Assembly (NCBI RefSeq): GCF_964204645.1
Contig: NC_134026.1
Location: 5,231,950 to 5,295,949 of the forward strand
Source: Tubulanus polymorphus
Taxonomy: Eukaryota > Animalia > Nemertea
Length of the DNA: 64,000 bases
Direction: 5' to 3'
Numbering within the stretch: position 1 is the first letter of the stretch; each line of letters starts with the position of its first letter. The notes beneath the pieces were generated by a model. That model ran no database searches. It had not been told where the DNA came from and was given only the letters and a program-made list of their open reading frames with translations. A program made the translations under genes and the position numbers. Positions 10,181-22,838 of this stretch are shown one piece after another.

Positions 10181-11479
10181 TCTTGTTGATTGCATATAAG
10201 AGGATACCTCTAAAATACTTTGTATTAAATGTAACATGTGAGAAAATAACCAATTTGATCATGTCTGAGCAAAGGTGGCAAAACTCTAGTTGTTTTTTAA
10301 ATAAAGCTGATGAAAATTAAATCAAAGACTGTTTAGTTAATCATAAGCTTTCCAGTTTGAATTTATGTTTTTATCTCTGGTTTTAATGTTTTTATATTTT
10401 ATATTGGAGACGTTTTTAAATACAGGTCATGTTTTTGTAAATGACTGAGGCACTTCCTCGAGTACATAAATACCTGTCATTTAGGTATAATTATTGTTGT
10501 GGGGATAAAACGACATGTTCATGTCAATCGTTCATAAAACACTATTATTATTAAGGCCCTAATCGAATATTGTTGAGCTTTTTCTTGATAATTGAGATGT
10601 CATTTGAAAAGTTGACATGATAGGTTCATATTTCATGAAATATAACAAAGTGTCGGTTATATTGACCTCATGAATTGTCAAATTCATAGTCTTATGACTT
10701 TCAGACTAGTCCAATTTTCGGTGTTTTATGGATCAAAGTTTACAATTCTTTGTGTATTTTTGTTATTTTCCTATTGATGCAAATTGTATAAATCAGCTCT
10801 GTATTGGAAATGTATCATATATAAAGACTTATAAATACCTTACATGCAACTTTTGTGGTTTTAAAGTTAGTACAATTTCATACATAGTACATTTTTAATA
10901 GAAATAAAATTACTATTAAAATTTGAGAAAATAAGCTAAAAGTTAATAATTTGGTATGTAAAATAAAATGATGTAAAAATGTAAATCAGATTGATTGCTT
11001 TATCCTACGCTTTCCAGAGTATTTGGCCAGGGTTATCTCTTGTTTTAGTGCGGGGGCCATGGACAGTTGAGTCCATGGTTGGGCCATAGACTTTAATGTT
11101 TTAGAGTCAATGTTTGGACCACTATAAACTCTCGTTTATAATTTATACGACTATGGTGGTTGGACTAGTTGTTTTTGAAAGTCCACGTGTTTGAGGAGCT
11201 TACATTATAATTCCTCGAGCACTCCTGGCATTTTGTATGATTGTTGTAAGAGAATAAATATGATTGATTTTGAAATTTGTTTAGTTTAATATAGCAACTC
11301 CTGGATAAAGGCCTAAATCGATTTAAGATAAACTGAATTAGTGAAGAAATTAAATCGATTTAAGTGTTAAACCTTTTTATGAAACAGGGCGGTGGGCATT
11401 GCTGTTGTCCAATCAGTTTCACCTAGGAGCAATTATCTAACTTAGATAATTGCTCGTAGGTTTCACCCAGGGGTCCCAA

Positions 11480-12008
11480 TGGAGATGTAGTTAGTGTAAA
11501 AAAGATAATCTGTATACGACCTTGCACATTACTGGGCCTGTTGAAAGTTTGTTGACAGAAAAAGTCGCACCATTCGAATTTTATACGAAATAATCTACTA
11601 AAACGAAACCAACCACAACGTTTCGACTGTTGACTAACAGTCATCATCAGGTGGAATGACCAGAAAACGGAAGTTACGTAGCATATAAACTGACTGGACA
11701 TAAACAAAAGCAATGTGTCAGAATAAATGTTAACAGAACAAGTGACAAATGAAAACAACCAGGGGTACCGGTACCGTAGAAAACACAAAATATGAACAGT
11801 CTAGGATGAATACAAATTATGTAATGGGGGGGGGGGGGAGTAGAAGAGGACGGAGAAAGCAGTGTGACACAGTGACATTAACCAAAATCTAGTAGAGATC
11901 GTGTTGATGATATCTCCAGATTATAATTTATTATGTGGCCGGAGATGGCAGATAAGTTGGATTTCGAAAGTTTTACAAATAAGAGCTGATTCTACTATGT
12001 GTCTTATG
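11480..12008 (-). mobile_element. Penelope-like retroelement 3' remnant
   Basis: Minus strand ~11975-12008 reads IRHIVESALI, like the C-terminal motif of PLE GIY-YIG endonucleases; downstream pLTR-like region with a hammerhead core. Confidence 0.6.
11613..11654 (-). ncRNA. Minimal type I hammerhead ribozyme motif
   Basis: CCAC-CUGAUGA-U-GACUGUU(AGUC)AACAGUC-GAAAC-GUU-GUGG: intact core, 7-bp stem II, 4-bp stem I, stem III reduced to palindromic AACGUU. Confidence 0.75.
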
Positions 12009-13261
12009 GATGTCTTTACTCCACCCGGACTTGGGGTCATTTAAAACTAGCCAGGGTTCAAAGGAAAGCGGCTCCAATGATGTGTGATGGATCCTTAGGT
12101 CTGGAGTCCTTGACAAGTTGAATGACAGAAAACAACAGCAGAGACAATAGAATCGGGATCCTAATGCTGACTGGGTAGGTCAGGCCCTTCAGAAAACTAT
12201 CACACACTGGCCTATAATATATCTGAAATAACTCCGGGATAATTCGTAAATCATAAGTCGTAACGTATTGATGGAAATGTATTAGTAACTCGTAAAACGT
12301 AAGTCGTAATTTGTAAATATAAATCGTAACTCGTATAGCCCTTGAGGAATTCCATATGAATGTCAATACTTTCAATTTTAATAAATAAATCTTTTATTAA
12401 TTGCAAAATATACACAGCATCTTAATTTCTTTAGAAAGGAGTATTTGTTCGAAGACATAAAATCGTTATAAATATCAAGGAGTTGCGATAAAAGATTTTA
12501 AACTAAGTACGGCTCAGAGAGACACTCAACTGAAGTTTTCCAATCTCTTGACAAACTCCACACTTAAAAATAAATATTTCTTTTGAATATTGAAAATTAT
12601 ATCTAATTACATGAAGTAAAGTGACAAGAAACGTACTGTTACTTGCTATCGATTTCTAGGTGAAATGAATGGAAAAAAAATTAATGAAAAACCCTCATTC
12701 CAAATAATATACATACGACCAAAAAAGTTCTTGAAAATCAGTTTTCAGCTGCTGTTCGATGTTATGATTTTTTAATGAAAAGATACTTCACGCTACATGT
12801 TGTATCATAGCTGTGGAAGAAGGTATCGTCCTACTCGCCGGTAATTGGGATTTTAACACTGATCTGGATGGACATAATTCACACTCTATTCTGTCTTTAG
12901 TCAATAAGATGTTAAAACCAGACTTCTAATAAACTGAATGATCAGAATTAGAATACATGATTTGGTCCCAAATTACGCTGATTCAGTAGGCTTTAATGAA
13001 CTTATTCCTAGTTGCATCCGGGCAGTGAAACAGACCTAACTATGGCAACGTACGATCAATCTTTACCAGCATAAACTTGTGGCCACTATAAAAATTTGTA
13101 TACCTGAATTCACTTGGTAAGTGTGCTAGGCTTTGACAGTTAACAATTCAAAGCTGCTGAACTTATATGGGTAATATAATTGGTTAGTTGATGTTGGTTG
13201 ATTCACCCTGAACAAGTAACCTGTTGTCACAGATGTTTCTCATTGGATGGATTGTTTTTTT

Positions 13262-16200
13262 TTAAAGAGTTGCTTCACAGAGTTTCTGTAACACGGACGA
13301 AGCTTGTTTGATTTCAGCATCAGTTATATCACAATTGACAGCAATTCGAATACTGAAACGAAATACAAACGAATTCAACAACACACATCATCAGTGGTAT
13401 AATCGATTAAGATTTTTGCGCTGAGGGGTCATTCATTTATTACGTACGCATTAGGGGAGGGGGAGGGGTCAGTGCAATTGCGTACTGTAAAGCTTAATGT
13501 ATATGAAAAAATGGCCGATTTTGCGTACAGAGGGGGAGGGGGGTTGAAAAATTCAAATTTTATGCGTACGTAATAAATGAATGATCCCTGACAGAATACT
13601 GTAGTGTAAGCACTAATTGACGTCGAAATGACCAATAAATGAACTCAAAATATTGGTCATAGATCGAAACTACCGGTAACATATCCCGAATAGAATATCA
13701 ACCTACTATGTCAAGTAGAATTCATTGAACGATATCGGTCAACATACCTCGGTGGAGGAAGAAAGATCTCATCTTTCTCCAAATATCTGGCAATAGTTAA
13801 AGCAATTCCATCATCCCGAGCCTGGAGGAATACAAAACGTTATCATAGAATACTGTGTATTATGTATAGCGGAACATCGTTTAACCAAACTTCACAGGAC
13901 CAAAGAGTACAAACCTTGTCAACTATTGTTTGGAGCAAGGATTGGTCATGAATTCGATCACCAGATGGGGCAGCCAGTCGCAGATGGAATATAGCGGACA
14001 ACATTTGTTGGCTAATTTTCAGCCCCTGCAATCTATAATACATGAAAGATGAAATAAAACATTTTCACGTGAGGGTTAAAACAGACCTTTTCTCGAACTC
14101 ACTTGGAAAATTCGTTGTGGACCTTTTCGCACATAGTTCTCAATCGTTTTAAGCGATTCGGCTCATTTTCCATAATCTTCAAAGCAGCTGATGCAGCTGC
14201 GGCAAGCATGGGCGGCAGTGAAGCTGAGAAGCAGTAACCGAGACCGGATAATCTCTAGAATATAAACACGTTCGAAGATACATCAAGTCAGTTTGCATTA
14301 ATCAATAATTAATTCTCATGGATTATGTCGAGGTTCAGCTTACCTGATGATCGACGACGTATTTGGTGCCTAAACACACCCCTCCTACTGATCCTATGGA
14401 ATTTTCTAACGATGCTGTGATGAGATCGATATCACTAACCTAAAATCATAGAAGAAAATGAGGAAATTTTGTTACCATCCCGATGCTTACAGTAGTTTAT
14501 AACAATATTTTGTCAATGGTAAATGATGATTTCTGTAAATGGCTCAAAATAAAAAAAACTTACTGGAATGTTAAAGTGTTCAGTGACTCCTCTTCCGTGG
14601 TCTCCCAGTACCCCGAACGACATAGTTTCATCAATAAATAATCTCACTTTGTATTTATATTTCAACTCAACCTTAAAGAACGCAAAATAACTATGGTATC
14701 CTTACTCAGTCACAAGATTTTCATATTCGTTCATAAGGGATCATTCATTCATTATGTACGCATAAAATTTGAATTTTTCTGTTCAACCCCTCTCCCCTGT
14801 ACGCAAAATCGGCCAATTACTTCATATACATTAAGCATTACAGTACGCGATTGCACTGACCCCTCCCCTCATGCATACGTAATAAATGAATGACCCCTTA
14901 CTCAGTCCTCAATAGATTTATCTTCAAATCATTTCTTTACTTACTAGTTTGGATAATGGGCAGATATCACCATAATTCATATATAGTCCTTCAACCACAA
15001 GAAATCGACGGATCGTTTTAGCTTTTTTTACATCCTAGCATAATAAACAAATCACAAAAACCGGTAAGCATAGCGATATATTACACTGATGGGTACTAAT
15101 AAAATCTAGTTTAACCTTTTTATCAATTTCTTGTTGTTTTACTAATAGATCCTCTAAATCGTCCATGTCGTTGTGTTTGAAATATTTCAGTTGACTTCTC
15201 GACGCTTGCAAACCTTTTTGTATGGCAAAACAAACCCCTTCATCACTGAAATGTCAAAACAAACATTTATTCAATGAAACATTGGTGATCTTGCATAACT
15301 ACTGTATTAAATAGCTGTTTGGAAGACTGAGTTAGAGATGGTTTCTAGTATCATATGTATACATTTAGGGAAGTTAAACACAAACAATACTGTTAATAGT
15401 TCATCAAAGGTTACGATTGACATGATTGTATCTATTGAAAGGAAAATAAGTCAGGATTTTTGATAGGTGGGGCTTTAACCGAAACTAACCAGAAAATGAT
15501 ATCACCACGTTTTGAGTAAGACGGAATGGCGCTGGCGATAGTAGCAAAATTATAAGCATATAATGCTGCTTCTTCTACATTCATAAACTTAGCGATTTGT
15601 TCTTCCAACTTGAGGTGCACATCTATTAAAATACAAAAAAATTCAGTAACTAGTTATTCGATAATTAGAAATCAGAAATTTTCCTTGGACAGTTATAGTT
15701 AAACAGAGGATTTTTGGTCTATATTTCATCTGACAATTTGATTATCAGAGGCCAATATGATACAGGTGTGTCCAGATAAACTCAGTGAAACTGGGCTCAG
15801 GATTCTAGAATCCAACTTACCAACTGTTCCATAAAAGCCTCTCGGTCCACAAGATCCTACACCATACTTCATCACGCTTTTTACGGCAACTTCCTGAATC
15901 AAAATGAAATATCAAAGGATTACGCAATAGGTAGTCATTAGAAATATATCAGGCAGTTATTTCTCATTCTAGTTCTTATCTCACACTTACCTCAATCTCG
16001 GGAGAACCAATGAGATTTAGGAAATTCAACGAGGCCATATTCAAACATCGTTTGCCATTGACAACTACATATTTACCAACTTTCCTGTAATTGATAGAAA
16101 GAAATTCATGGATCATAATGAAAAATGATGCAGTATAATTGATGGGGACAAACTGGTGCTTACCCAGACACAACAACATTTTCAAGCGCTTGAAGACCTG

Positions 16201-16916
16201 GACATTCGGGTGGTGTGTAAGGTACAAGTGGATCTGGTGTCCATTCAGCAACAAGTTCCTCTTTTTCCTTCAATAACAAGATTTCTTATAACTCAAAATC
16301 ACACAGAAGATTAATCTCATTTTTCATATGAATCGAAATCCCAATTACACTAGTCTAATAGACTGAAAATGATTCAAGTTTACCTGTGCAGTAAGCGCGA
16401 TATGTTCCAGGGGATTATAACTTTTAGCAAAGAAAACCAATCTGATTATCCAAACTATGAGCAAGACCTCGAAAATCAAGTGATAGCTCGGCGCCTGAAA
16501 AAATGTACAAAAAAAGGCCAAAATAAGACAGCGTAATTACCTATGAAATAAGCATGGCAATAAATCTATTATCATAGCAATGAAATCTTATCGTTTCAGT
16601 GGTTTTAGTAGTTATAATATAATCAGTAATTTCAGACATATGGCCATATTGGTTCATTGCAGATCTTTTGCCAAATAAGTAATAGTATATGGTATTACAG
16701 CCTTGACTCCTGCTAGTCAAGCATCTAGCCGCTGTTTCTCAAATCACGGGGACCGTAACAACGTTGTATGATTGGTGCAAATTAAATACCGTATTAAAAT
16801 TACGCTCAGCTTGAATTGAATGTTACTTGCAGTTTAAAAAGATGACTTACATGTACGAAACCCTGAAAGAGTTCATAGAAACTCCAAGTGGCTGGCACAA
16901 ATGGTGAGGTGGACAT
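13262..16916 (-). CDS. SPTLC1: Serine palmitoyltransferase long chain base subunit 1 (~14 coding exons)
   Basis: Exons give MSTSPF...[19 protein letters not shown]...[89 protein letters not shown]...EATL*; GT-AG introns; ATG 16916, TAA 13262. Confidence 0.95.
13425..13588. mobile_element. PIF/Harbinger-type MITE in last SPTLC1 intron
   Basis: TIR GGGGTCATTCATTTATTACGTACGCA / TGCGTACGTAATAAATGAATGATCCC; TGA on both flanks. Confidence 0.85.
14737..14897. mobile_element. Second copy of the same MITE, opposite orientation, in SPTLC1 intron
   Basis: Same TIRs; internal sequence is the reverse complement of 13425-13588; flanks TAA/TTA. Confidence 0.85.
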
Positions 16917-17417
16917 ACTACTACTGCAAAATGACAAGCATATAATTTTTCTAAGATCACCATCTTTTTAAATTTTTGACTAAATTTACAAACAAGTGCA
17001 CTTTTTGCCACTGTTCTTGACTTGTTTAAAATCAAATGTTTGTTGTCAACAAACAAAAATGCCAGATTAGAAAGGCCTTTTTAAGTCAAAACTTAATGTT
17101 TCCGGTCATGGGAACCCGTAACAAACAGATTTTCACCTCTAAATTCAGGGTCGGGAAAGGGGGAAATTTCAACAGTTTACTAGGGAGATTGTTTTAGATG
17201 GAATTTCTCGGAATTTCGTTTCTTTCGATTAAATAACAATTTCCGGGTTTATATAATTACGCGAAGTACCGCCTATCGGATCCCCCAGTGGTTGCGACAC
17301 TAAACGCCGGAGAAATTCCATAATCCAGCCCATTTCTGAAAAAACCGGCGTTTCAAGATATCCTATAGCCGGTTCCGGTTCAGTGCGCCGGTCATGTGCA
17401 TCATGTGACTGCTCAAA

Positions 17418-20400
17418 ATGGCGGATAGTCGGTAAGTATCCGGCTGTTGTAAATTACATGTAATTTCCTTAATTTGAACGATTTGATTAAAGTAAATTGA
17501 GTTTTTTTGGGATGTGTTTGTTATGTTTGATTCGGAAAAGCTACTATGCAGTTTTGAGTTTCACATTCAACATTTTACCAGGGCGTCAACGACGTCAATG
17601 GGACGTACACTTGGAACCAATGTTAATTGAATTGAATTGTGTGAAGTTAGTGACTCGTGGATGGCATGGCTGGGAGACTGTTGTGGCTTTGCCGTGGTGC
17701 CAGTCAGCAGCTGCGCTGGCATGGCAGGGAATTAGGCATTTTGCATGCAGCCTCTACCAGCAGAATATCATGGTCAGGGACATGGTGCAGACGGTATATG
17801 GAAATTATGCAGGAAGACATGTCCCTAACCTAGTAGTCCCAATTTCCAAACTAATTATTAGGATTAGACCTAACTGGCCGTTTGAAAGAAAACCCTTATT
17901 CCTTTGAATTACCATTTTTCACATTTTGGCAGCTGACAAACAGTAGAATGAGAAGCCCTCTTGGAAACAATTGTCCAAACTTCATTTCTTTATTATTATC
18001 CTTAGCTTAAGACCAGCCATGCTCTCTGACTTTCTGTAAAGAACTGTTTAATGGCGATGCATATTAGTTATTTGTGATGCTGCTCTTCTATTCTGAAATC
18101 AATTTCATTTGTAGATTCCATTGCCCTGTGTTCGCAAGCAACCAATTAGATGACCCACAATTTGATGGTATTATATTGATTGCGAAATGTATTGATAGTT
18201 TACCAGCTACTTTGGACTCGTTGAAAATTCCACTGAAACAATATGCAGAGGTAAGATAAGATAATGTTATGTTTGAACCGATGTTAGCGTACAATGACTG
18301 GTATTGAATACATTGACCTTTACCCGTATTGAAATTAGAATTCAATGATGTCGGGTATATTATATAGAAAGCTGGATAAATCTTGTAAAAACCATTCACA
18401 AAACCAAGTTTGAGCTGATATTTTGTTTACTTTTTATTTTTGGTATATTTTTGTAGATTGATCATTCTACCAATCATGTTGTTATTCTACATACAACACT
18501 CCCCTCAAAAAGACTGGTAGGTGTTTCCCGTCTATTTCACCACTAAGATTACTAGACTTACCGGTAATAGTAACAGTTGTCAGTTGAATTCAGCTTCGAA
18601 TATGATTAAATATTTGGTAGATTTATTCCGCAACCGGTCCACTCAATAGAGATCAGGATGACATCCGTAGATACGCCGATGCTGCAGGTGTTGGTGTTCA
18701 GAGAGCTATCGACGCTGGGTGTAAATCCCCTCTGCTCGTTTGCGTGCCAGAGATTTATACAGAAGTTGAAAAAGTGACTCTACTCGGTGCCTTGCATACA
18801 TTATATGTTGTACGTATATGCTTATTGCAAAAATAGCGACGGCCATTTCTTAACGAAATAGAAATACTGGATTACCATATGCTAACTTTGTAGCGAAACT
18901 GGCCCTAAGAATTAATTTCGTTGTAGCAGTTATTGATTGATGACTGGAGAATGATGTATATTATTTTAGCCCATTGAAGTACGAGTTGATGTTCCGTCGA
19001 GAGTCAGTAAATTCAACAAACTGGGATTCTACGGTGAAAATTTGCAAAAAACCAATGAAATTATTAAGATTTGCTCAGGGCTTGAGAATGGCAGGTAAGT
19101 TGTTTGGTGACATAATCAGGAATTTTTCTAACATATGTTCTGTATTCCGGTATTAAATTCACTTGTTTCATTGATTTTCGTGTAGAATAATAGCTCGTGA
19201 CATTGGAGGGTCAGATCCTGAGAGAATGGCAGCTCCAAATGTTGCAGCTTACCTGGAAGAAGTTTTTGCAAATAGTTGCATCAAGGTAAAAATTGGCTTG
19301 AGAAATCTATCACCGGGGTTTATGAAAAAATCAATGTAGATTTTAAGCTGATCTTAGATGATTTAATGTTTGCTACAGGTTTCAGTGATCTCTGGACATG
19401 ACGTGTTTGAGAAAGATTACCCTCTTTTAGCAGCTGTAAATCGATGTGCTAGACGTGAGTTCAAAAAAACACCTGCAGATCCGAATACATGCATGTACAA
19501 CATTAGTCAAAATATTGATTTCATTATGCAAAACAATTTTTACGTATCGGCTTTATACACACAGGCGTTGAGGAGTTTCTAGAGTTCTGAATATGAACAG
19601 AAAATGGAAATTCATTCACTAGCATTTTTTGAAAAGTTAAATCAGAATCGCCTTTTGTAGAGCTGGCATTCTAATGTAACTATTGAAGTGTGCTATGAAT
19701 AACATTACATGCTAGGAATAAATTAACCATATGAATGCCCAATGATATTAAAAGGCACTTCAACTACCTTATATCTTTAATCTATTGTTGAGCAATACTT
19801 GATCTCTTTAGATCAATGATATATTATATTATTTGTGTCTCTTTATTATGTAATAAACCTATATACATGGCAAAGGATTTGTTTCTGATTTAATTGCCAA
19901 TGAATAAAGTTATTTGGCAATTTGATGTCATAGGGATATGACGAATACAAAAGGGTATACTGGGCACTACCAAAAATATTAATTTGATCGATGGTACTAC
20001 CCATGTAGGATTTACTGTAGGCCTACTATCCATGACAGAACATTTAAACTTAATGTATGTTTTTTTTTCATAGTTGTTGAACGTCATGATGGTCGATTGA
20101 TAATCCTAGAATATGAAGGTGAAGGCCCAATTGATCAAACTTTGTTCTTCGTCGGTAAAGTAAGTACCGGTAGTCTCAGCGATCCTTTTAATACACATGT
20201 AATAGGGTCGTTCCAGAATTTTGATTTGCATAAAAATCTCTCAAATGAATACAGGTTTTCATATATCACTTTTTCAGGGTATTACATATGATACGGGCGG
20301 TGCTGATGTGAAGGCTGGCGGTCATATGGCAGGCATGCATCGAGATAAATGTGGAGCTGCCGCAGTGGCTGGATTCATGGAGGTAACTAGACCCTCGGCC

Positions 20401-21834
20401 CCAAGAAATCATTGACCTCATCCGGGATTTCATTCGTTTGACTAGCAACTTATGAACATGTAATTTATGATTTGAGGAGTTTTATCTGAATAATAGCCAT
20501 TTTTGTTGCAGCAGAACAACAGAAATACATACTGTATCAATTCCGTTAGTCTTCATTGCTTCGTGAAAATAAATCTTTAAACCTTATGTTTTAGGTGCTA
20601 TCGACGTTCAAACCGAAGGGACTGAAAGTGATAAGTGCATTATGCATGGTTCGTAACAGTATCGGTTCGGGTACGTAAACTACTTTTGTAAACGGCACGT
20701 AAGGCGTTATATCTGCAGAATCGTGATTTGATTTGATATTTGCACTCTATAGAATGTTACGTGGCTGATGAGATTATTACATCACGCGCTGGAGTTAGAA
20801 TACGTATTGGTAATACAGACGCAGAGGGTCGAATGGTTATGACCGACGTCTTATGCAAAGCCAAGGAAATGGTAATCTTATAATAAGCCATTGTTTCATT
20901 TTTTTCAGCCGGATTAGGACATCTTGACAAAATTAACAAAAATCAATTGTTTTCATTTCAGGCATTGGATGCAGTAAATCCTCACCTCTTCACAATAGCT
21001 ACTTTAACTGGACATGCCGTTCTTGCCATGGGACCCAGCTATTCAGTAAGTACTTCAATCATTAACGATGCATGAGTATGCAAAAAGCATGCATGTCAGT
21101 AAACCTAGAAAAGGTACCATCAAACAGCTAGTTTTGATGAAGCAACTGATAACAGTGAATTTGTTTTAAATTTCAGATCATTATGGACAATGGGCCAGCT
21201 AGAAAGCTAGGTACTGCTTACAGCGTTCAAAATGCTGGTGATGTCATGGGCGATCCATTTGAAATATCTACAGTTCGCAGAGAGGTACCTAGCTATATTC
21301 GAATAAGCATGCAAACCTGGCTCAACGCCTTAATCATGTTGTTAGTTAACACTTACACTTACCATTCTCGGTCGTCCTATAACCAACTTTTTAGCAAGTC
21401 CTGAATGGTACTGTTTATCTTCATTAAGTCTCAATTTCACTTGTGAAATTATTAAATTCTTTTAGCATAAATCTGTGTGTGTTTTATTTAGGATTATGAA
21501 GCAGCTAAAGGACCCTCTGAATATGAAGATGTCCTGCAATGCAACAACAGTCCATCCAGTCGGACAGATAGAGGCCATCAGCTGCCAGGGGCTTTTATGA
21601 CCATGGCTTCTGGGCTCGATAAGGTATATAATACTTAGTTATCTTTTGAACTTATACTTATCTATACTTATCTGTTCAACTTATCTTCTTCTTTTTTAGC
21701 ATGGAAACGACTCCGCCAAACAGATACCTTACAGTCACATAGACGTGGCCGGTAGCTCTGGACCATTCCCTGGGGTACCCACTGGAACACCAATTATTGC
21801 TTTGGCAACAAAATATGTGTTGGGACGTTTATGA
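17418..21834 (+). CDS. M17 family leucyl aminopeptidase (W07G4.4-like), multi-exon
   Basis: ATGGCGGATAGTCG|gtaag; exons give IARDIGGSDPERMAAP, FVGKGITYDTGGADVKAGGHMAGMHRDKCGAAAVAG, RIGNTDAEGRMVM, IATLTGHA, YSHIDVAGS; TGA 21832-21834. Confidence 0.93.
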
Positions 21835-22530
21835 AATCAATTATGCTGAATGTTAAAAAGGCATGAATAATCAAAGCACAGTAAGACTACATATATTTAG
21901 AGCTTTCTAAATCCTCTATGATTGGATACTGCATTGGCCAGTTATAAGTTCAATTATCGTGCTAACAATTGTAGAGGATTTTCATAATGATTATCAGGGC
22001 CACAAATTTTTTTTCATGTACATGTATTGATATACCGGTACCCAGGTAGTTAATGTCTAATCAACAAATGTAACCTTTATTTGTAAATTATTCATATCCT
22101 TAACATTTTTGCGTTTTTGTCCTCTCAGATTCTACTATGCAAATCTGATTATATTATATTTGTTGTGAGTGTATTTTTCATAGATTGATTGTTTATTGGC
22201 AAAATGTTTTCTACATCAGGAATTATGAATTTTCACGCACATTTAAGAAAGTGGTACATACGTGATAAAATGAAACTGGTTATTTTCTGTGTATAGATGA
22301 TATTGGACTAAAACATTATTGGTTTACGGAGTTAATACATCTACCTGAACATAAGAAAGCTAGGTTTTGCTACAGGTTGTTGTGTCTTATAAACTTTACT
22401 TCGTCTGGAATACATTGTATACTGTATGTACGTAGATCAGTATCTGGGCTACTCAGTAGCTGAATAATGTAATCTATCTATAATCCCAATCCATAGAACC
22501 AAGACAGTCATGTACTTACAAGCTTATTGA

Positions 22531-22838
22531 AGCTGTGATCACCCACGTGTTTCTGATCCTGGCCAAATGTTCACACCAGTGCTAAATGCCATCTTGCCCA
22601 TTTGACATGGCCAAATTTGGCCCCACAAAAAAACATCAGACCAGCCTCGTGCAAATACATTGGTCAAATTATTGTGTGAATGCCAACTTTTTCTGGAAGT
22701 GAGTCGTCTCACTTGCCATGGCAGTTTTGATAACATTTCAGTTACAAGTGAGTGATTCGGTGTGGACACACTAATAAAGCATGGCCAAATTTGACTTCGA
22801 TTTGGTCCGGGCCAAAATCGCCTGTGTGATCGCAGCTT
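22531..22838. mobile_element. Degenerate MITE (GGCCAAAT-rich)
   Basis: Ends AGCTGTGATCAC / GTGATCGCAGCT; related copy begins AGCTGTGATCAC at ~30250. Confidence 0.6.
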
